A stretch of DNA of 63,294 nt, the filler included, from Collodictyon triciliatum (lineage: Eukaryota): the NCBI GenBank assembly GCA_043381765.1. It is 8 parts of 8 records of this genome, joined end to end, with 100 filler letters (N's around TTAATTAATTAA, not from the genome) between each part and the next. Parts side by side here need not be neighbours in the genome. Positions count along the whole stretch, not along the records: positions 48,785 to 55,993 come from JBHJMP010004011.1; positions 56,094 to 63,294 come from JBHJMP010004013.1; 6 more parts are not named here. One strand, 5' to 3'. Under the pieces are notes generated by a model. It searched no databases. It was not told where the DNA came from and was given only the letters and a program-made list of their open reading frames with translations. How positions within the stretch are numbered: position 1 is the stretch's first letter; each line of letters opens with the position of its first letter. Positions 53,042-63,294 of the stretch are shown here, in pieces. The translations under genes were made by a program, and so were the position numbers.

Positions 53042-55700
53042 TCATAAGCGCCCAAGATTCCTCAAATCTATGCATGCGAGCAACGCTGCATTCTTTTGCG
53101 ACTCTTTCTTTGTCCTCCCGATACCCACAAACTACATGTACATCGATTTTAGTTATAATCAATCGCAGCTAGCAATAATGCCCTGCCAGCAAAATCAAAG
53201 TCGATATAAAGCATGCGACATCATCTCATGAATTAATTCATTATTTAAAATAGATTCAGAAACGAGAAATGCGATACCAAGACACCATGAAACTCAGGAA
53301 ACATCGACAGCGGCAAGGACGACTCAAATGTCTATGACATCGTTAAAAAAAAAAAAAAAGATAACGAAGCATGGAAATATTCAATATTCTCTGTATGTGT
53401 TTCATTTTTCATTTGTATGACATATGTTAGTAGAAATATCAAGCTGCGGCATATCCAAGAGTAAGAAACGAGAATCACCGGTGAATGGTCGGGCCCGGCT
53501 CTTGTGTCGGCAAATGAGTCAGCAAAGGGGGCTCTTGGGGCATTCGGGAGGGTCTAGTTTGTACACGTGCGCAGGAGTGGTATGTCATTAGCTTCGTTTA
53601 TCATAAAAAAAAACCCCCAATATTCATATACAAAGCAACAAACGGGCTTGGGGAGAGGCTATTGAAGTGTTTTTTAAAAGAAAAAAGTACTGACCTGAAT
53701 CAGTGAATTGAGCACTGGTATCGATGTAGATACGTCCACAACCCCGAACCTACTCATGAAGGACTTTGGGTCTGTGGTTTTGGCCCTCCTTTCTCTCTCG
53801 CCCGACGAACCTGCCATCCTGGCCAATTTTTTCTAGAAAAAAAAACATAACCGTTTCCGCAAATATAATAGGAATTAATCGGCTAATGCACAGTTTGATA
53901 TTATAGTGTAATTTAGAAAGAAAAATCTCACGATGTTTTTTGTTTACCATTGGATTGTTATCCTGCATACAAAAATGAATTACCTGCGCGGGTGTTTGGT
54001 TGGAATGCATGTTTGTCGTGGTAGTGTAGGTATCGGACGTGCCTCCGGTATATGCCGCTCCGTCTCCACTCTCATAAATATCGTCTTCCTTACACCTTTT
54101 CATAGGAGTAGACGCAGGTGTCGCGTTTTCTAAATGGTTCAGATAGCGTGGATAGAGTATTTGATTTTATCTTGCTAATTTATTTTATTTTATTTTTTTT
54201 TTGCACATATGCATTCATCTATATTTTTTTAATGTCCTTACCTTTTTTATGGATGACTATTATAGAATTCTCCAGCGAAACCAACCCTTTTTCGAGCATC
54301 CCTTTTATGGTCGTATCGTGCGTATGTGGTTTGATCAGCAAATGTTTGGATGTTGTACGATGTAATATTTGATGAAATGAATTGATACGTGATTCAGATT
54401 TGTAGAATATACGCATCTTTTTTTATACCATCAACAATTTTGTATATATCACCCGGAAAGAATGCCTCGTATCCAGATATTTTCTAATAGATTTAATTAG
54501 GCTTATCGTTGAATCCTTGTTGGGAAAAAAATAGTAGTATTTGTTACAGACGTTGATGCACTGGACTAGATTATCCAAGGGGTAAATCCGTGACTCTAGG
54601 CAATTTATCAGAAAGCCGTAATCGACAGTCACCTGCTTGGATTCGTCCTATAATGAACCGAAACACACCGATCATATTTAAGCTGGATACATACAAGGTA
54701 AGAAATACGTGGCCTTCTTCCGTGGCACAGTTGATCGAAAACAACATTTACCTTGACAATAATTGGCTCAGCAATAATTCGTGGTGATGTAATCGTTGTG
54801 ACATTAAAATCGGTCGCATTTCTGTAGTGGACCTTTCGTAGCGGATGAATCCGTGACATGTGCTAGTAATATTTTAAACCCCACATCATTACATCCCAAC
54901 AACACGCATGGTTTCTTATTTTCTTGTCCTTTTTTTTTTTTTTATTTGTGTGTGTCACTCGATGTATTTAATCAATACCAACCTTTACAAGCTCGTGAAA
55001 CTCCAGCTCGTTCGAGAGAATGTAGACACTAACAGAGACTGCTGTCCTATCCAGAACGCTCGACAAGACATATGGGATGGTCATCACACCCAGCCCGGGT
55101 GGGAACTGTGATGTGGTTCGACGCTCAGATCAGCCATCTTTCTTGCAATCACGAGCTCTCCAAATCAAAATGAACAGTTGAAAAGGGAAGTAGAGTTTGA
55201 TGTTATTCGCAGCAAACCAAGACAAATTATAACCTCATAGACTTGGCAACGCCCAGAGGCAGGTATTTTCGTCTCGGTGTTGGTCTCTGTGAAAAAGACT
55301 ATTTCGACATCCTTCGGTATCTCTTTGCTTTGCAAGGCGCCGTGGAGAGTTTGCCTGCGGTGGTGATGTTAGTTTGTGTGTGTTATAAGTGCCAGAGTTT
55401 TTTGGAGTAGCTCGGTTGGTTCTTACCAGCTGGCATGATCGACCAGATAGATCCTTTCCAAGTCTTTCCGTCGCAATAATATGAGCCACCTGTAAAAGTT
55501 CTCCCAAACCGACGACTCTGTCTCAGTCTTAACCGCGGCCTGTCTGCTGGGCTGGATGATTCCTGTGGACATTATTTAATCTTCCGATGGGCTGGTTTGG
55601 ATGCTGTGCCCTTCCTTGGCCTTCTGCCTGTGAGGATGAATAGAGGTTGCTCTCTTGGCTTAGATGAGCGATGATTGAAATAAAATGGTTGGATGGTTTG
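53042..55700 (-). CDS. Multi-exon protein with C-terminal double-stranded-RNA-binding domain; upstream exons uncertain
   Basis: Spliced C-terminus ...LNSLIQ/PLPKP/...GPDHSP/TFESSL.../FVGIGRTKKESQKNAALLAC..L fits the dsRBD consensus. Confidence 0.55.
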
Positions 55701-55759
55701 GTGTTTTCCATTTCTTTGGCAGTGCGGGTGTTCTCCTTCCCTCCTAATTATGCCACGTG

Positions 55760-55993
55760 CTTTTTTATTGCTTTTTTATTGCTTTTTTTATTGCTTTTTT
55801 ATTGCTTTTTTATTGCTTTTTTTATTGCTTTTTTATTGCTTTTTTTATTGCTTTTTTTATTGCTTTTTTTATTGCTTTTTTTATTGCTTTTTTATTGCTT
55901 TTTTTATTGCTTTTTTTATTGCTTTTTTTATTGCTTTTTTTATTGCTTTTTTTATTGCTTTTTTTATTGCTTTTTTTATTGCTTTTTTTATTG
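55760..55993. repeat. (TTTTTTATTGC)-type minisatellite at scaffold end
   Basis: Direct reading. Confidence 0.93.
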
Positions 55994-56093
55994 NNNNNNN
56001 NNNNNNNNNNNNNNNNNNNNNNNNNNNNNNNNNNNNNTTAATTAATTAANNNNNNNNNNNNNNNNNNNNNNNNNNNNNNNNNNNNNNNNNNNN

Positions 56094-56770
56094 GCAGGGA
56101 GCTGGTTCTTGTGACAAAGAAGCTTCACTGGCTATGTCTTTGAAGAAGCCTATGTCCTTTTTGATCTCCACGTGGGTCGGTCTGAACGGCCTCAGCTCCT
56201 CACGAAGGAGTTGCGGCCACACGTCCAGCGGTAGTTGGTAGAGCATCACCGAGGTCTCTGTTGGTTTACTTCTGCTGAAGCTGGTTATAATATCGTTAAA
56301 CTCACTTGCTTCAGCTCCAGAAGCTTTCGGGCGTTTTCTGCGGTGCGGAAGGCAATCAGGCAAAGGCATTCGCTGTCTGGTAAGCGCAATTGGATGGACT
56401 CTTCCGAAAGTTTGTTCGCTTTCAAGAAGGAGGCGAGCGCATATGTGAGTCTGCGGGCCTTGTTCTTGTTGTAGACGACTTGCTCGACATCGTGCAAAAA
56501 AATACTGTCCGCTCAGACAGACTTGCAGGCGGCTTCTTTGCACGGGTCTTCCTAGACTTACGTGCAACTCGGGGATTTTCCGCGCCAGTGTTGGAACCAG
56601 AAGAGCTGGCTGCGAATTGCGAAGCCTTCGACGGGTCGCGGCTTGCGCCGATCTCCCCGTCTCGGCTCGTGTTTTCCATCAGGCGCGGGAATCTTGATTG
56701 AAAATCAGGCGCGGGAAGCTTGATTGAAAATCAGGCGCGGGAAGCTTGATTGAAAATCAGGCGCGGGCTG
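56094..56770 (-). mobile_element. 5' end and frameshifted ORF1 of a non-LTR retrotransposon (copy A)
   Basis: ATG at 56679; RRM-like segments CLIAFRTAENARKLL and VMLYQLPLDVWPQLLREEL; homologous to 61980-62590; 26-bp tandem units upstream. Confidence 0.62.
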
Positions 56771-58730
56771 CTTGTGAGTGTTTTATTTTTCTGCTGTATC
56801 AATTTTTTGATAAGAAACCAATCTCAAAAATAAGCCTTTAACATATTATAAATCTTTAGTTTTCAATAATGAAGAATATTTACACTGTAGGTCCTTGTTT
56901 TTTAGTTTTTACATGGAGCATTTTCATGTCATCTTGTTTCTTTTTTTTCTTTTTTTCTTTTTTTCTTTTTTTCTTTTTCTCTTTTTTTCTTTTTTTTGTG
57001 CCTCTTGTCTCATTTTTTTTGTGATATAAAAATAGTGTGAAAATGAATATTATTGCCGAGAAAAAGAAGAACGAGTTTGATACCGGAGATAAAAACTAAG
57101 TTTTGAGTGTGATATTGTACCCGAGTAATAAACTTCATCTTTTGATATTCGATTATACATTAGATTCAATGATCAACTGTGCTTGTATCGAGTCTATGCA
57201 TGGACGATTCTATTGGTTACAGAGGAAAATATGAAGATTAAAGGTTTAAAGTAATTAAAAATCCTTTTGAGTAACCGTCTCCGTTTTTTTTTCCAATTAT
57301 TTTTTTATATCATGTGCTATAAAGAATTCTGAGTTACTCCGATTCAAATCTACAGCTTCGCAACTAATTAAATAAACCATCATTTTATGCCTTTGCGCTA
57401 ATTTTTTAAATCTTTATCATCTTTCGTTTCATTTTTTTTTAATTGAGAGAAAGAGTGGCTGGGTGGTACCGTTATCACCTATAGGAAAAATATGATCGCT
57501 TCAAAAGAGATGATATAAACACTCTACATGTTTTTTTCTTGGTCAGGGTTTATTTATTTTTTCCTGAAATAGACAAAATATAAGAGAGATACGACCTAGA
57601 GAGGAAATGGAGAAGAATAAACAGTCGTCTTTTCTTTATTTATTTACTCATGGATGTATGACTGTTCTATGGAAAGAAGCTTTTCATAGGTTTTAACACG
57701 ATCCGGATTTTTTCCTCTTTATTCAATTCAGGTTAAATGACCCAATTTTATTCATGAAATCGATTTGCGAGGAAAATACACTTGATTTTATTTTATAATC
57801 TATTAATATGCTTTTGTTAAAAAAATTTCTACGCAAGTGATCCAGTTTGAACAGCTTCGGATCATCCTGAAGGATTTTTTTGGTTACAGAATAATCGGCA
57901 GTTGGTAGATATGTGCTTACATATCTGTAGTTTTGTTTTTTAATAATTTAATTAGTATTTCTTTATTATATTCAAATGGTATTAGGGGTTTTTGTTTTAA
58001 TTTATTGTTTAATTTTCATATATAAGAAGAACATCAGTTGTTGTTTCTTTTATCTGTTAATTATTTTCACAGAATAAGGAGATATATGTTCACTTGTTTT
58101 TTTCCTGTCGGTCGTTAACAATTTACGGGATATATAATATATCAAATTTCTTTATACTTGATCATAATGATTGGGAACATGTAAAGACCCTCAGTTACGA
58201 ACTTGAACTGCAAATTTAATTCTTTCTTGCTTTAATAAATTCTATTTGAATCGAATAAATTGAACACATACATTAATATATTTTAGAAATATAAAACATA
58301 ACCTCTGTGTTTTAAGCAAATTTTATCTAATTTTTCAAAAAATCGTTCAATTTAAAGAAGATGAGCATTGTCTAGGGGAAAAGTAATTGCTTCTCTATGA
58401 ATTATTTGGACTGTATCCTGTAATTTTTTTTACAGTCATGTGTTTTTTTTGTGGATTCATTTTACTGACAAAAAACAAAAAGCGAGTAAATTTGATTTCA
58501 CTCGTCCTTGCGCAGAAAATAAAACCTAGTTACAAAGTGTGAATCCTTGGGCAGATTATTGCCTTTCCTTAATTTTAAGATAGGGTCCAGCTTCCCTAAC
58601 CCTGGACTTATATTTCTTTGCCGTTTTTTAAACATGAATCCATTACATTGTTAATTTTCATGGTTGGCATTCTTTCAATTATCGAATTTTGTTTGTTTCT
58701 CTATTATTGTTTATAAATGTTAACATTTTA

Positions 58731-59098
58731 ATCAAGTTTTTTTTCCAAGGAAGATTTTTTTTTCCATTGAAGATTCTATCGGATCACTAGGAACTGGGAA
58801 TAATTTTTCGTCATTTTTTTATTAATGTGCTTTTAAAAAAAAATCAAGTTGGATTTTTTCCATTGGAGATTCTTTCAATTTCTTAGGAACTTGAAGAAAT
58901 TTTGACATATTTTGACATGTTTTGACAATTTTTATCAATTCTTTTTTTAAAAAACAAGTTGGATTTTATTTGCAATGGAGATTCTTTCGATTTCTTAGGA
59001 ACTTGAAAAATTTTGACATCTTTATCAATGTGTTTTTAAAAAAAAATCAAGTTGGATTTTTTCAATTGGAGATTCTTTCGATTTCTCAGGAACTTTAA
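58731..59098. repeat. Four degenerate ~90-110 bp tandem units with core CAAGTTGGATTTTTTCCATTGGAGATTCTTTC.ATTTCTTAGGAACT
   Basis: Copies begin near 58731, 58843, 58955 and 59046. Confidence 0.85.
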
Positions 59099-60299
59099 AG
59101 ACATTATATGAATTTCTTGGACAAGAAATAAAATAGATTTTAAGGATCTAATGCCTGGTATATTTTTTTCCTTTATTCGATTCAAAGTTCTAATGCCTGG
59201 TATATAAAAAGAAAGGAAAAATAATCATTAAATAGCCAGCAAGCTTGTTTTTTTTTAAAAAAAATGAAATCAATTCTTACGATTCTATAATACGTTGATA
59301 AAGAAAAGAATCGAAAATATTTGATAGGTTAAAAGCTACTAATTCTTTAATCAAGTCTATTCATACACAAACTGCTTAACAAAAAACTTATCGATTATAT
59401 GGGAGCGAATCTAGTGTCTTGAAACACTCTAGCTCTCTATGTTTCAAAGACATATAAGATGAATTAGTGTGTATATTAATTTTTATGTTCTCCAGTTATT
59501 GTATATATGTCTCAATCTTCAAAAATATAAACTTTTATTTTATTTTATTTTTTGGATCACTTTCAAAATACCGTCGATAAAAAAAATCAAAGAGACTTCC
59601 TTTGCATTTGAGACAAAACAGAGCGCTTGAATATATAACAGAAAACCTAGAATTATGCCCTGAGCATGTTTTGTTTATTGAAACTAGAATAAAATAAAAA
59701 CTAAGAAAACAGGAAGCCTTTACAGACACAGATCATTTTACCCAAAATATAGATAATCAAAGCGCTTTCTGTTTTTTTTTGTACAAGCCTTTCGAAGGAC
59801 ATAAAGAGCTAATTCCGATGAAAGTATACACTTCGTTGTTGCTTTGCAAATCTATTCCGGCTATTTCTGTCAACCATCTACACCAGAAATCTTTTATATT
59901 CTTCTTCATTACACAGCATCAATATTACAAGAGGGTAACGTATTAGCTTGTTTGTATTTCTTGTTAGAAAACTCAAACAAATGACGACATATCACCTTTT
60001 TATAGAGTAATCGAACGCTTCACTTAATGTTCCTCTAGTTTTGTAAGCCTGTATAGGCAGCAGTCAGTTTTCTTTAACTAGGATGCAATTATAAGCTACA
60101 ATTTTAGAACTTTTACTCCTAATTTATTGATTGGTATATCTCAACTAAATTGAGATCCAAGGGTTGGTTTATACTCTCATTGCTTGCTTTTACTTTTTTT
60201 TTTATCACAGCACAACAAGTTACTGATTCATAAGTTGACACGATTTTCATTGGAATTAATCACTGTTATGAATTTACGTTGATGTATCCTCTGGAACTG

Positions 60300-62590
60300 T
60301 TTTTTTTGAATTTTGTGTAGGATAGTGAAAGTGTTAGCTTTGGTTCCCTAGCCATCGTTTGCATGGACGCTACTTGGTGGCCGGGTGGCGGAGAAGTAGT
60401 CGGAATAAGGAATTACACCCTGCGCTTTGGCCTGTAGCCTGGGTCTTGTGCCTGCATGAGAGATACAAGGCGAGGTTTAATCTCTTTCTCAGCCTCTTTC
60501 CACATGTCTCTTCTCAAAGGGTCTGAGTAGTAGAGAACGTGCAGGTGGCGAAGAAAGCTATTGAGGAAAGAGATTTGTATGATGCCATTCAGCCTATTAT
60601 CAGGAATGAGCGTTTGGCTGCCGAGTCTTTCTTTGCGTGAGTATATGCGTGCTATTCACGTAGTCCATAGCAAATGGCCTCGCGTCAATGCCCAGAATGT
60701 TTTTGTATCTGGACGCAGCTGTTGCAGAGGCCCAAATATCGCCTGGATTGGGCCAACAGCCGCAGCTGTCTTGATTATCAGTCGGAGAATCTTACTGGCT
60801 GTTTCACGCAGGAAGCTTTGAGTGAAGGGATATTGCACAAATGTGTGTTCAATAGATTCGTCGCCGTTGCTGCAAAGTGTGCATTGTTGGGAGACTTTGC
60901 TAGCTTTTGCCGCGCGTGTGCCTATCCTTAGCTAACCCTATTGGTGATATCAAGAATTAGAGAGCGATGATTTGGAAGGACTTGCGGTGTTCGTGATTGT
61001 CTCCAGCTCGCGGTGAGCAGGGTGTGGGTGAAGCCTAGCGTTTCTCTCCACCGTTGATGCTTTGACTTTTTTTAGGGTGTCGGCGGCGATATTTTGTATC
61101 GAAAGAATTTTGGAAAAGGCCATAGCTGTCGAGAACTGCATACAATGCGCACCGTTAGACGAGCGTTCGTTCTTGAGGTGGAAAAGAATGACGACGGGAT
61201 GTCTCACGAGATTTGTCTACGTGAGCGCCATTTTTCTTTGTTATTCAGGACGGTTGTGGTTGGCTGTGCATCTTGTGCGCGGAATGCAGTGGAACCTAGC
61301 GTTTTGATGTTGGAGTCGTCTTCTTTGAACGAGATTTCTCTGATGGTGGCCGCGTTGCCTTCGTGAATCTGTTTGATGATGCAGAAGCCTTTCTGGTTGT
61401 CCCAGTATATTTATCCTGATGCCAGTGGCTCGTTCAGGGGTATTGTCATTTCGCAGTGATTATGCAGGATCCTCCTTTGGGAACTATGAAGAGCATTGAT
61501 ATGATGCCTTGTATCTCGATCACAATTTTCTTTATTTTTCCTAATATTTATATAATACTCGATACACTTTTCAAAAAAAATTACAACAAAAAAAACGAGT
61601 GGATGTTATTAAAGTATGTACATGTCTGCTGCACTTTGGTCTCATGATTTTCATACTTATCAATCTATAAGGGTTAGGACTCGATGGATTGACAACGAGA
61701 TGCAAAAAAATTTCCTTTCGAAGTCTTGTTGATTTTTCTTTCTGTGAATACCTGCTGTTAGTATGAAGATAAAAATTTTTATTCTTGTTTATATTTTGTG
61801 AAAGATGAAGAATTATTATTGAAAGATAGAGGTATTGGCCCATTTTGGCTTCCTCATCTCGGTTTCTGATTGTGTGCTTGGCTGATTAATTCTTTTTGTG
61901 AGATTTTTTTTTTTGCTTTTTACTTTTTGTTAACAATTGGCGGATGGTATTTGATGATGCATTTTGAAAGCTCTCTCCTCGTGACTGTAGAAATCGAGGG
62001 ATACGGTTCTTGTGTAAGAAGAGCTTCACCGCGGTTTTGTATGTGAAGAAGCCTTTGTCTTTTTTTATATCATACTTGGTAGGTCTAAACAGTTTCAGTT
62101 CCTCGTCAAGGAGTTGTGGCCACACGTTCAGTGGTAGTTGGTAGAGTGCCAATGAAGTCTTTGTAAGGTTACATCCTCTAGAAGTATCATAAGGTTTATC
62201 AAACCAACCTAATCCAACTCCAGAAGCTTCTGAGTGTTTTCTGCAGGCCAAAGGACAATCAGATAAACGCCTTCGCAGTCTGTTAAACGTAGCTAGATGG
62301 AAAATCTTTCAAATTTTTGATCACTTTCAAGAAGGAAGCGAGCACCTATGCGTGCCTGCGTGTCTTGTTATTGTTGTAGAAAAATTGTCTGATTTTGTGC
62401 ATGGATACTATCCGCTCAGACAGACTTGCAAGTGGTTTACTTGCACAGGTCTCACTAGACTTACATGCAACTGGAGTGTTTAAGCATCAGTTTTGAACCC
62501 AGAAGAACTGGCTACAACTTGCACCTATCTCCCTGTTTCAGCTTGTATTTACCATCGGAATAGGAAGCATGGTTGAAAATCAGACGTGGG
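60300..62590 (-). mobile_element. Decayed, internally deleted L1/Tx1-type LINE (copy B): ORF1 remnant at 62590-61950 and ORF2 C-terminus at 61500-60413
   Basis: ORF1 LYQLPLNVWPQLLDEELK; ORF2 zf-RVT CTLCSNGDESIEHTFVQYPF then LLWTT*IAR; stop TAA at 60413-60415. Confidence 0.72.
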
Positions 62591-63294
62591 AATTAATTAG
62601 ATAAATTATCAATATGCAATCAATTCATTACAGTATCCCTATTTGATGCAATTATAAATTAAAAACACGATTTTGAGCAGATTTTTTTGTTTTTATTTTT
62701 ATTTTGGTTTGGAGCTGATAGTTTGCTGGTGGATGACAGGAAAGGAGTTTTTATTTTTAAAAAAAACAACAACATTTATCGCTTTTTCTTGGAAAGAGTT
62801 TTGATAGAGTGTTGGTATTTTTTTAAATTGTTTTATGCTTTCTGCTTCTTTTTTTCTTTCATTTGAGATTTTTTTCCCAGCATGCGATGATTTCTTTCTT
62901 TTGTTTTCCATGAGTCCAGACGTATTCGTAGGGCTCGTGCTTGCTTCAAGGCTTCATTGCCTCTAGTTTTTGGAGCCTTTGACGACTGTTTTCTTCAAAG
63001 TCCTATAGGATGAAGATGGTGCTCTTGGATGATATGTCGGATCTTCCTGAGAGTCGCATACAGATTCCTGTGTACTAAGAATGCTGTGAGTCTTCTCGCT
63101 TCTTTCGCGAACAATCATTTGATCTCTGTACTTATCGTATGGGTTTGGCTTCTTCCCGCTTCTACCACCTCCTCTACTCCATTTCCTTGTTTTCATAGGG
63201 ATCTTGAAATCATTATCGTTGATGAAGTCATCCGAATCATCTGAGTAGTTTTTTTTTACCTTAGAAAGTAAGTCATCACGAATCATTCATAAAA

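Noticed and set aside
60655-60660. TGA at a Trp position in LINE ORF2, plus TGAs in the Fanzor, as support for UGA=Trp
   Set aside because: Both elements also carry TAA/TAG stops or frameshifts, so these are ordinary decay
62699-63286. Lys/Ser-rich minus-strand ORFs at the window end
   Set aside because: Low complexity, interrupted and truncated; cannot be assigned

Overview
Eukaryotic, AT-rich, intron-dense nuclear DNA from what is probably a flagellated protist (it has a DRC12/CCDC153-like gene, peroxins and a minor-spliceosome protein). The window is not contiguous. It is eight scaffolds joined by artificial N-TTAATTAATTAA-N spacers, most about 7.3 kb apart, so gene order across spacers means nothing. 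About 20 spliced genes can be rebuilt by hand: LRR-PP2C, an Ig/PH AIR9/SCAB-like gene, ALG5, a MARK/SNF1-type kinase with KA1, PEX13, CWC27, a NagD-type HAD, an HS2ST-like sulfotransferase, TRM5, a TKL kinase, CCDC153, an EF-hand pseudokinase, ZMAT5, an intronless multipass membrane protein, a TBC Rab-GAP, PEX12, a Cet1-type RNA triphosphatase and a dsRBD protein. The standout is a full-length but decayed Fanzor1 (eukaryotic TnpB-family RNA-guided nuclease) locus at ~27970-30030. It keeps all three RuvC acidic residues and the Zn finger, has a structured omegaRNA-like 3' region, and carries an AAAATTGA (Mimivirus-type early promoter) motif upstream. Also present: L1/Tx1-type LINE remnants, an in-frame TGA at a Trp position of a KA1 domain, GC-AG introns, microexons and poly(A)-preceded splice acceptors. 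All family calls come from motif recognition by eye; no searches were run.
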